Part shown: piece by piece, positions 18,872-26,593 of the stretch
Numbering within the stretch: position 1 is the stretch's first letter
Layout of the letters: every line of letters starts with the position of its first letter
DNA from: Candidatus Lokiarchaeum ossiferum
GTDB lineage: Archaea > Asgardarchaeota > Lokiarchaeia > Sigyniarchaeales > Promethearchaeaceae
Reading direction: 5' to 3'
Assembly (NCBI GenBank): GCA_025839675.1
Contig: CP104013.1
Location: forward strand, 3,180,001-3,212,000
DNA length: 32,000 nucleotides
Notes under the pieces: model-generated
Database searches by the model: none
Told to the model about the DNA's origin: nothing
Seen by the model: the letters and a program-made list of their open reading frames with translations, nothing else
Made by a program: the position numbers and the translations under genes

Positions 18872-18917
18872 TTATATATAGTGACTCTAATTTTGGATAA
18901 TTTAAATCATTTATGTT

Positions 18918-19310
18918 TCAGAAATCCCTTTTTAAATTTTTAAGGTTTTTTAATTTAGATATTATCTCCAGCGAACTATTAATATTCTTCAGAATTTGGG
19001 CGATAGACACATTATCATCTAAATTATCCAGTTTTTTTGATAACTTTAGTATTAAATTTGAAAAAATGTTATTTAAATCATAAAAATAACCTGAATCCTT
19101 TGAATTTTCATTTTCTTTACTATGAATTGCAACAGAATTTCGTTCAATATTTGTTGATGATTTAATTGTATCTGAACAATTTGGACAAAAAATTGTACCA
19201 GTTTTGAGCCTAAACAAAATTTTACCACATTTCGGGCATTCTTTATCTAGCATCGTTGCTCCATTCCGAAGCAATTTTGCCATATCTTTTACAATTCTAT
19301 CACTATTCAT
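18918..19310 (-). CDS. UPF0148 / Sjogren-syndrome autoantigen-1-like zinc-ribbon protein
   Basis: MAKLLRNGATMLDKECPKCGKILFRLKTGTIFCPNC matches the family N-terminal helix plus CxxC...CxxC ribbon. Confidence 0.7.
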   Translation of the reverse strand: MNSDRIVKDMAKLLRNGATMLDKECPKCGKILFRLKTGTIFCPNCSDTIKSSTNIERNSVAIHSKENENSKDSGYFYDLNNIFSNLILKLSKKLDNLDDNVSIAQILKNINSSLEIISKLKNLKNLKRDF

Positions 19311-19326
19311 TTTAATCGAATTTCAA

Positions 19327-19527
19327 TTACTCTTCATTAGCTTTTTGATTTTTCATCAAATGTGAAATATATCCGGCAATTCGGTTTCTTACTAATTTTG
19401 ATTGAATAACGGTATAACGTGGTAGTAGTTTTTTATTTTCTTCAAAATCTTTCTTAAAAACTTCTGGATATTTTTCAATTAATTCTTTAGAGACTTTTTT
19501 AATAAAAACGGGTCTTACTTTCCCCAT
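19327..19527 (-). CDS. rps17e: 30S ribosomal protein eS17
   Basis: MGKVRPVFIKKVSKELIEKYPEVFKKDFEENKKLL...SKLVRNRIAGYISHLMK is the eS17 signature. Confidence 0.9.
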   Translation of the reverse strand: MGKVRPVFIKKVSKELIEKYPEVFKKDFEENKKLLPRYTVIQSKLVRNRIAGYISHLMKNQKANEE

Positions 19528-19780
19528 TTACATCACCTAGTTATTCTAAAATCATAAAAAAATTTGAACTTTGTGATTCACATATTAAAAAGAAGAAAAA
19601 TAATATTATTAAAAAAACAGTTGCGTTGATGCGCAGCATGAAAAATAAAGAAATATTCCAAAATAAGAAATTCAATGAAATTTTGCACAGTATGATTGAG
19701 AGCTTACTTTTTAGAGTTAAAATCAAGTCAAAATTCCCACTTATCCCTCCAAAAAAAAAGGTGTTGTTTTAATAATTACT

Positions 19781-22700
19781 TTGAAAAAATTTTTGATGAA
19801 AAAAAAAATTTTTTTCTACATCTTATTACTCACAATATTAATCAAAAATTTTGAAATGGTAGATGCATGGATATTCCCAGCTCCTCCTGCAATTATGACA
19901 GATAAGCCATGTTACTTTCCAGATGAAAATATCAATATCACAGCTGAATGGAATCTTTATTGTGATAATAATTCAATTTTTGAGATAAAAATTTTATTTT
20001 TAGAGAACCAGCCAAATAGTTATAGTTCATTAAATACCATGTTTTCAAGTAGCTTGACAACCATACCAATTCCAACCAATGATTCATCGCTACACGATTT
20101 TGAACAAGTTTCTTATTTCACAACAGTTCTAAATTCATCAGAATTATTCAATCTTTCATTTGAGAATACAAAAGAAATTTGGGTCACATTAATCTTCTAT
20201 TTATGGATTGGAGGAGAAATAAATGCTGCTTCATTAATAAAAACATTTTGCGAAATTAGTTTACAAAAATATGAACCATCCTTTCAAAATTCATTGTCCA
20301 ATTATAGCTTCGAGATAGGGGATAACTATCTATTAAATAATACGATTTTAGCATCTGAAAATAGCAAAAAAATGTATCCTACTAAGGAAGTATTGTGTAT
20401 TATTACCAATGAAATCACATGTTTATCAAAAAATATGAGTTCATTAATCCAAGATGGCCAATTAACGCTTAATATCTCAAAATTTGGACAATTATCGGTT
20501 GGAACTTATAATATTACATTTATTCTAGACTTTACCAAATTCTTTTGTAATTCAAATTTAACATTAATTATGAATATCAAGGCAAAATATGTTGAGATAT
20601 CTTCCTTAAACAGTACCAATATCCCGATGTCGTATGATATAAAATTTTTCTTTGATTTTCAACTATTAGATCAATGGGGAAAATCGTTTATAATTGAGAA
20701 TTTCACTTGGTTATTCAATAGTGATTTAAATTGGAGCGAGTGTGAAATATTAGAAGATTTTTATCGTATTTATTTTGAATTTCCAAAAATCGAAGGTGAA
20801 TATTATATTAATCTAAGTTTAGATAATTTCGAATATAACGTCCAATCTTACAGTAAATATTTCCATTTCTATAAAGAGGAAGTTGATTTAAATTTGTACT
20901 TAAGAAATATCACTTTAAATCAAGAAATATCATTTTTAGTTGAGGAAAATTTGGGTTTTTCCTTGGAAAGCATAGAAAAATCCAATTTAAACTTGGAATT
21001 CTTTGATGGGGATATTTGGATATCTATCGACTATAATATTATTGAAAAATATCCATCTATTATGAAAATTGTAACTTCATGGTCTATTTTTGAAAATTTT
21101 CCTCAGTTTTTACAAAATTCGTATTTTTATTCCCGAATAACGTTTCTTGGTAATGAAGTACTGCTTTCTGCAACTTCTAATATACTTACGATTAACCTCC
21201 CAATAATTAATTTTACTGTCAACTCAACATCAATCATTCTGGGACAAAAAATTCAGTTTCTTTTTGAGAATTATAGCATTTACCATCCAGAATCATATTT
21301 TTGGGATTTTGGGGATGGAATAGGATATTCCACAGAAATAAATCCTGTTTATCAATATTTATTCCCTGGAAATTACTCAATTACTTTGACAACATTGAAT
21401 TTTGAGGGTTATAATAATACATTTAATAGAGTTGGTTATATATTGGTAGATGAGGATAGAATACCTTTAGCAAAATTTGAAATCAGTCAAAATTTAACTA
21501 TTCAAAATGAAACCATTGATTTCATATTTACTGGTGATGAAGGAAATGGACCTTGTACGTATTTATGGGATTTTGGAGATGGTTTTTCTTCAAATGAAAA
21601 AAATCCAACGCATAGGTACAATACACAGGGCAATTATTCTATTTCCTTAACTATAATTGACTGTAATCACGATTCAAGCCAAATTATTAAAAATGATCTA
21701 GTTGGAATATTATTCGACGAACTGCCAATTGCAAATTTTTGGTTCAAAAATGAAATTTTAATAATTAACCAAGAAATCCTGTTTTTTTATAATGGGACGA
21801 TTGGTAATGGAAATGAAACATATCTATGGAATTTTGGGGATGGAACATTTTCAATGGAAAAAAATCCAGTTAAAACTTATAATAATACGGGAAGTTATTC
21901 AATTAGTGTTGAAGTTACAGATTGTGATGGAGATACAGATCTAATTATTCAAAATGAGATAATTAATATTGAAACAGACATATTTCCTATTGCAGATTTT
22001 AATAGTTCAAACCAATCATTTTTGACAAATGAAGAAATCTTCTTTTTTTTTAATGGAACAGAAGGAAATGGTGTGAATTTATTTGAATGGAATATCGGGA
22101 ATTTAATTTTTCATGAAAGAAATCCGATAGTCGTTTTCAATGCCTCTGGATCTTATTCAATCAGATTAAGTATCATTGATTCCAACGGAGATAAAGATTC
22201 TATACAAAAAGACAACTTTATTATTATTTTAGAAGACTTGGTTCCAGAAGTTGATTTTTTTTGTCCAATAAAACAAATAGTTGCAAATGAGGATGTTCAA
22301 TTTTTTTACAATGGAACAATTGGTAATGGAAATGAAACTTATATGTGGAATTTTGGGGATGGAACATTTTCTACGGAAAAAAATCCTGTAAAATGCTATA
22401 ATAATATTGGAATTTTTTCAATTAGGGTTGAAATTACAGATTCTGATGGAGATACAATGTTTTTACAAAAAGATGACTTTATAATTATTTTAGAAGACTT
22501 TCTTCCAGTAGCGGATTTCTATTGTTTACAAAATAAAATTATAGGTGGAGAAGAAGTTCAATTCTTTTATAATGGGACAATGGGAAATGAAAAAATGACT
22601 TACTCTTGGGAATTTGGAGATAATACATCCAGTAATGAAGAAAATCCAAAAAAAAGGTATTCAATTCCTGGAAACTACACAATTAAACTTAAAGTGACTG

Positions 22701-23920
22701 ATTTCGATGGGGATATAAATTTCAAACTATTATCAAATTATATTGAAGTTTTACCAGACTATTTTCCAGAAGCAGAATTTAATTATTCACAAAATACAAG
22801 TATCGCTGGAGAAAGTATTCAATTCATGTTTACTGGAAGTTTAGGAAATGGGAATCTTACTTACTATTGGAAATTTGGAGAGCATCTTAGTTCATCCTTA
22901 TCAAATCCGATTATTTCGTTTGAATATCCAGGGATTTATTCTGTTTTTTTACAAATCATGGATGAAGATGGAGATATTGGAACATTGACAAAAGAAAACG
23001 TGGTGAACATTATTCCTGATATTCATCCTAAATCGAATTTTACTTGTTCACAAAATACAAGTATCGCTGGGGAAAGTATTCAATTCACATTTACTGGAAG
23101 CTTAGGTAATGGAAATCTTTCCTATTATTGGAAATTTGGAGAACATCTTAATTCGTCCTTACCAAATCCGATTGTTTCTTTTGAATATCCAGGGATTTAT
23201 TCTGTTTTTTTACAAATCATGGATGAAGATGGAGATATTGGAACATTGACAAAAGAAAACGTGGTGAACATTATTCCTGATATTCATCCTAAATCGAATT
23301 TTACTTGTTCACAAAATACAAGTATCGCTGGAGAAAGTATTCAATTCACATTTACTGGAAGCTTAGGTAATGGAAATCTTTCCTATTATTGGAAATTTGG
23401 AGAACACCTTAATTCGTCCTTACAAAATCCGATTGTTTCTTTTGAACATCCGGGAGAGTATTCCATATCATTGTTTATTTCTGATATCGATGGAGATATA
23501 GATTATTTAACTAAAAAGAATTCTATAAATATTTATCCCGATCTAAAACCTATTGCACACTTCTATTTTAATAGTTCATCATTTGTCACTGGGAAGGGCA
23601 TCCAGTTTTATTTTAATGGAACAAATGGTAATGGAAATATAACTTGGACCTGGAATTTTGGGGATGGGAGCATTTCTAAAGAAATTAATCCTATTAAACA
23701 ATATGAAAAACCAGGAAATTATGTTGTTTCTATTATTGTTGTAGATGATGATGGAGACAAAGATATTTTTAGTTTAAATATAGATATCAAAAGAGATAAT
23801 TGGATTGAAATCTTTCCGTTTTCGATAATAACGAGCGTTATTGGAACAATTTCAATTCTTACCAGAAAATATTGGAAGAAAAAAATTAAATTGGTTGCTC
23901 TAAATTCAATTAAGATTTAA
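19781..23920 (+). CDS. large cell-surface protein: signal peptide, ~490-aa unknown N-terminal region, 10 PKD domains, C-terminal TM anchor
   Basis: The N-terminus KKKIFFYILLLTILIKNFEMVDA is signal-like. There are ten W-x-F-G-[DE] PKD cores (YFWDFGDG, YLWDFGDG, YLWNFGDG, FEWNIGN, YMWNFGDG, YSWEFGDN, 3x YYWKFGEH, WTWNFGDG). Many N-x-S/T sequons are present. The C-terminus IFPFSIITSVIGTISILTRKYWKKK is a TM helix plus a basic tail. The start is TTG 19781 or ATG 19796. Confidence 0.85.
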   Translation: MKKFLMKKKIFFYILLLTILIKNFEMVDAWIFPAPPAIMTDKPCYFPDENINITAEWNLYCDNNSIFEIKILFLENQPNSYSSLNTMFSSSLTTIPIPTNDSSLHDFEQVSYFTTVLNSSELFNLSFENTKEIWVTLIFYLWIGGEINAASLIKTFCEISLQKYEPSFQNSLSNYSFEIGDNYLLNNTILASENSKKMYPTKEVLCIITNEITCLSKNMSSLIQDGQLTLNISKFGQLSVGTYNITFILDFTKFFCNSNLTLIMNIKAKYVEISSLNSTNIPMSYDIKFFFDFQLLDQWGKSFIIENFTWLFNSDLNWSECEILEDFYRIYFEFPKIEGEYYINLSLDNFEYNVQSYSKYFHFYKEEVDLNLYLRNITLNQEISFLVEENLGFSLESIEKSNLNLEFFDGDIWISIDYNIIEKYPSIMKIVTSWSIFENFPQFLQNSYFYSRITFLGNEVLLSATSNILTINLPIINFTVNSTSIILGQKIQFLFENYSIYHPESYFWDFGDGIGYSTEINPVYQYLFPGNYSITLTTLNFEGYNNTFNRVGYILVDEDRIPLAKFEISQNLTIQNETIDFIFTGDEGNGPCTYLWDFGDGFSSNEKNPTHRYNTQGNYSISLTIIDCNHDSSQIIKNDLVGILFDELPIANFWFKNEILIINQEILFFYNGTIGNGNETYLWNFGDGTFSMEKNPVKTYNNTGSYSISVEVTDCDGDTDLIIQNEIINIETDIFPIADFNSSNQSFLTNEEIFFFFNGTEGNGVNLFEWNIGNLIFHERNPIVVFNASGSYSIRLSIIDSNGDKDSIQKDNFIIILEDLVPEVDFFCPIKQIVANEDVQFFYNGTIGNGNETYMWNFGDGTFSTEKNPVKCYNNIGIFSIRVEITDSDGDTMFLQKDDFIIILEDFLPVADFYCLQNKIIGGEEVQFFYNGTMGNEKMTYSWEFGDNTSSNEENPKKRYSIPGNYTIKLKVTDFDGDINFKLLSNYIEVLPDYFPEAEFNYSQNTSIAGESIQFMFTGSLGNGNLTYYWKFGEHLSSSLSNPIISFEYPGIYSVFLQIMDEDGDIGTLTKENVVNIIPDIHPKSNFTCSQNTSIAGESIQFTFTGSLGNGNLSYYWKFGEHLNSSLPNPIVSFEYPGIYSVFLQIMDEDGDIGTLTKENVVNIIPDIHPKSNFTCSQNTSIAGESIQFTFTGSLGNGNLSYYWKFGEHLNSSLQNPIVSFEHPGEYSISLFISDIDGDIDYLTKKNSINIYPDLKPIAHFYFNSSSFVTGKGIQFYFNGTNGNGNITWTWNFGDGSISKEINPIKQYEKPGNYVVSIIVVDDDGDKDIFSLNIDIKRDNWIEIFPFSIITSVIGTISILTRKYWKKKIKLVALNSIKI
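22788..23462 (+). repeat. 261-bp (87-codon) tandem repeat, about 2.6 copies, inside the PKD gene
   Basis: CACAAAATACAAGTATCGCTGG recurs at 22788, 23049 and 23310. Positions 22921-23070 are 100% identical to 23182-23331 (150 nt). Positions 23072-23146 are identical to 23333-23407. Confidence 0.95.
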
Positions 23921-24192
23921 TTTAGAAAAAAAGAACGTTTATGGACTTTTTACCCGCTTTTTTGTATCATATAGATTGAGATATCCGACTTTTCGGGAGT
24001 CTCTTGCAGTTTCTCGACAAACTAAATGCAAATTTTTCCCTTTCTTCAAGGATCTTAGTCGTTTCAATTCAAGGAAAACAAAATCTCAGGAAAATGCACC
24101 TTCATCGTTTTGATTACCAAATCCGTTTCTATTCTAAGATTCTGATTTTCATCAATTTCTTACCTTGTTCGAGATTAAGAAGCGAAGTTTCT

Positions 24193-24210
24193 CATTGTTA
24201 AGTAACAATG
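24193..24210. promoter_or_regulatory. perfect 8+2+8 palindrome upstream of the pilin gene (candidate operator)
   Basis: CATTGTTA-AG-TAACAATG lies about 90 nt upstream of the pilin ATG. Its dyad symmetry fits a dimeric HTH or wHTH binder. Confidence 0.35.
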
Positions 24211-24270
24211 TAAATCTCAAAATCCTAAACGTAAGTCTAATAATAGATGATGTTTAAAAAATTTCGACAT

Positions 24271-24280
24271 TTTAATATAA
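24271..24280 (+). promoter_or_regulatory. putative TATA box of the pilus operon (leaderless-type spacing)
   Basis: TTTAATATAA is centred about 24 nt upstream of ATG 24299, and there is no SD in between. Confidence 0.4.
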
Positions 24281-24298
24281 AAAAAGATAAAAACAATA

Positions 24299-24499
24299 AT
24301 GAAAATTTTGAGAAAAATAAAAAATAAGATTCATTTACTTCTAAAAGATGAAAAAGGAGGGTCAATGCTCGAATCAGGTTTACTGATTGCATTAAGTTTG
24401 ATTCTATTTCTTATGTTAATAGGAATTGTAGGGAATGTTTATGATTGGATTGAGATTAAATTTTCTGAAGTGCTGAATTTTTTTGACTCTCCAATATGA
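24299..24499 (+). CDS. Flp-like type IV pilin precursor (class III signal peptide), 66 aa
   Basis: The n-region is basic (MKILRKIKNKIHLLLKDEKG). It is followed by G-SMLE-SGLLIALSLILFLMLIGIV. This fits the G/xxxxE cleavage motif with Glu at +5 of the predicted mature end and a hydrophobic helix. The mature size would be about 45 aa, as in Flp pilins. Confidence 0.7.
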   Translation: MKILRKIKNKIHLLLKDEKGGSMLESGLLIALSLILFLMLIGIVGNVYDWIEIKFSEVLNFFDSPI

Positions 24500-24568
24500 T
24501 GATAAATCGAAAAATCATCAGACACATGTTATTTTTGTTGGCTGCCGACAAATTTCATATCAATTACT

Positions 24569-25795
24569 TTGAGCAATTGGGGAACAACTTTGAACAAAAA
24601 TTACCTAGAACAACAATTTTATTGCAAGGATTTATTTATTAATGAAGAATATCTCGATATAAATTATCTTCCAGAAGACATCTTGCACAGAGAACAAGAA
24701 TTAATAATTTTATCAAAAATTTTCATTAAATTAATAGAAAATCCTTTTAAAATAACAAGAAAATTGTTAATTCAAGGGGATGTGGGAATTGGAAAAACAG
24801 CGATAGCGCGTACTTTTGGAATAATGTTGAAAAGAAGTGCGAAAAAACGAAATATAAAAATTGAAGTTGTACATATTAATTGCAGAAAAGAAAGAACACA
24901 TTTTAAAATACTTCAACAAATTTTATTGACACTATCGTATCCAGTTCCTAAAAGAGGTTTCTCTCCTCAAGAATTAATGACTATACTACAAGAATATCTT
25001 GAAAAGAATAAAATATATTTATTCTTAGTATTGGATGAAATGAATCATATACAGAGCTCAGATTATGATTTGATATACGCTTTAACTAGATTAAATGATA
25101 CTACAGGAAAAGATTCTTCGTTTCTCTCTTTATTATATATTGTTCGGGATATCACCCTTTTAAGAAATTTAGACGAATCAACCATCAGCACATTACAAGG
25201 AAATATTCTTTCTCTAAAAAAATATAATAAAATGCAAATAAATGATATTTTAGAAGAGAGAATTAATAAATCAATTCAAAAAGGAGTATTTCCATCTAAA
25301 TTGACTATGATAATATCTGAAAAAATCGAAGATTCAGGAGATATTAGAAAGGGATTAAACATAGTGAGAAATGCAGTTAAAATAGCAGAAATCAAAGATA
25401 AAACAATAGTATCTTATGACGAAATTCACCAAGCGATCAAAAATCTAATCCCAAGTCTACAGGATGATGCTTTGGGAATATTAAATATGCATCAAACAAT
25501 TATACTTTTTTCAATTACTACATACTTCATAGAAAATAAGGAAAAAAGAATTACACTAAATCAACTTAATCCTTATTATTTGAATACTTGTAAAAAATAT
25601 GACCAATTGCCCAGAAAAAGCACTCAAATATGGCAAAATTTACAACAATTACGAAATTTGAATCTCATCAAAATTGTAACTATTTCTAAAAATATGAAAG
25701 GAAGGAAATCTTTTTGTTCAATTAATGATATACCCCTGAACATTTTAAATGAAGAATTGAATCAAAAACTGAAAAATTTTTACTGTGGTAGGTGA
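24569..25795 (+). CDS. cdc6: Orc1/Cdc6 family AAA+ protein
   Basis: It has ...LDINYLPEDILHREQELIILSKIF, Walker A GDVGIGKT and Walker B LVLDEMNHI. The C-terminal winged helix is ...QNLQQLRNLNLIKIVTISKNMKGRKSF. The start is TTG and the protein is 408 aa. Confidence 0.85.
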   Translation: MSNWGTTLNKNYLEQQFYCKDLFINEEYLDINYLPEDILHREQELIILSKIFIKLIENPFKITRKLLIQGDVGIGKTAIARTFGIMLKRSAKKRNIKIEVVHINCRKERTHFKILQQILLTLSYPVPKRGFSPQELMTILQEYLEKNKIYLFLVLDEMNHIQSSDYDLIYALTRLNDTTGKDSSFLSLLYIVRDITLLRNLDESTISTLQGNILSLKKYNKMQINDILEERINKSIQKGVFPSKLTMIISEKIEDSGDIRKGLNIVRNAVKIAEIKDKTIVSYDEIHQAIKNLIPSLQDDALGILNMHQTIILFSITTYFIENKEKRITLNQLNPYYLNTCKKYDQLPRKSTQIWQNLQQLRNLNLIKIVTISKNMKGRKSFCSINDIPLNILNEELNQKLKNFYCGR

Positions 25796-25798
25796 AAT

Positions 25799-26104
25799 AT
25801 GCTGATTGTAAAAAAAATGGTAAATACAGGTTTGTTTGAAGAAATTTTTTCCTCGAAAGGAAGAGCGAAGATAGTTAAGATCTTGGCATTAAGAAATGAA
25901 ATGAATATTTCAAAAATTATTTCCTTAGCAGGCACAAGCCATTCAAGTGCTGAATACCATCTGAATTTCTTAAAAACAATAGAATTTGTTAGAGAAAAAA
26001 AATTTGGAAGAATTCGGATTTTTGAATATCAAAATGATAATTTAGACGCTAGAGCTCTAAAAAATTTAATTCTATTTTGGGAACAAAAAAATGTGGAGTT
26101 ATGA
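25799..26104 (+). CDS. ArsR/SmtB-type winged-helix transcriptional regulator
   Basis: IFSSKGRAKIVKILALRNEMNISKIISLAGTSHSSAEYHLNFLKTIEFVREKKFGRIRIFEY is the typical archaeal wHTH pattern. The gene starts 3 nt after the orc1 stop. Confidence 0.75.
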   Translation: MLIVKKMVNTGLFEEIFSSKGRAKIVKILALRNEMNISKIISLAGTSHSSAEYHLNFLKTIEFVREKKFGRIRIFEYQNDNLDARALKNLILFWEQKNVEL

Positions 26105-26561
26105 GAGCGAACAAATTTTATTGTTATCATATTTTCTATTATTAGTAATAATTTCCATAGAAGATTGTGTTTTTGGAAAAATATTTAACTTTACAATTAT
26201 ATGGGGAATTCTCCTTCGAATTTTCTTTTTTTTTTCTTATAATGAAAAAATCACACCTTCAATTGGAAAAATGTTTCAAAATTTTATTATTGTTATTATT
26301 TTTTTCATATTGTGGAATAAAAACATAATCGGTGGTGGAGATTTAAAGACGATTTTACTTTTCTTATTTTATATCTCTGCACATTCTAACAAACATACGA
26401 TAATATTCCCATATCAACTATTTGATAGAGTTCAATTTTTCATTTCTTTTTTTATGATAATATTTTTCTCAAAATTAATTCAAAAAAAAAAAAAACACTC
26501 TCCAATTTTCAAATTGGGGCCAATTTTTTTAATTTCAATGTCTATTGCAATTTTATTTTAA
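26091..26561 (+). CDS. short prepilin peptidase (A24 aspartic protease, TadV/CpaA/FlaK-like)
   Basis: The protein is polytopic and hydrophobic. The first catalytic Asp lies in ...IISIEDCVFGKI, and the second lies in the signature IIGGGDLK. It overlaps the wHTH gene by 14 nt. Confidence 0.7.
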   Translation: MWSYESEQILLLSYFLLLVIISIEDCVFGKIFNFTIIWGILLRIFFFFSYNEKITPSIGKMFQNFIIVIIFFILWNKNIIGGGDLKTILLFLFYISAHSNKHTIIFPYQLFDRVQFFISFFMIIFFSKLIQKKKKHSPIFKLGPIFLISMSIAILF

Positions 26562-26593
26562 TCGTTTTTTTTAAAGAATTTTAGAATGTAAGA

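Noticed and set aside
24004-24201. 65-aa ORF in the PKD-pilin intergenic island
   Set aside because: It has no SD or TATA in a suitable position and no recognisable motif. The region is more likely non-coding RNA or a leader (see finding).
23921-24568. Replication origin (ORB repeats plus an AT-rich DUE) next to orc1/cdc6
   Set aside because: I found no repeated ORB-like element or long AT-rich unwinding stretch by eye. There are only GTTTC-type short matches and one palindrome, which is better explained as an operator. A motif search and skew analysis are needed to be sure.
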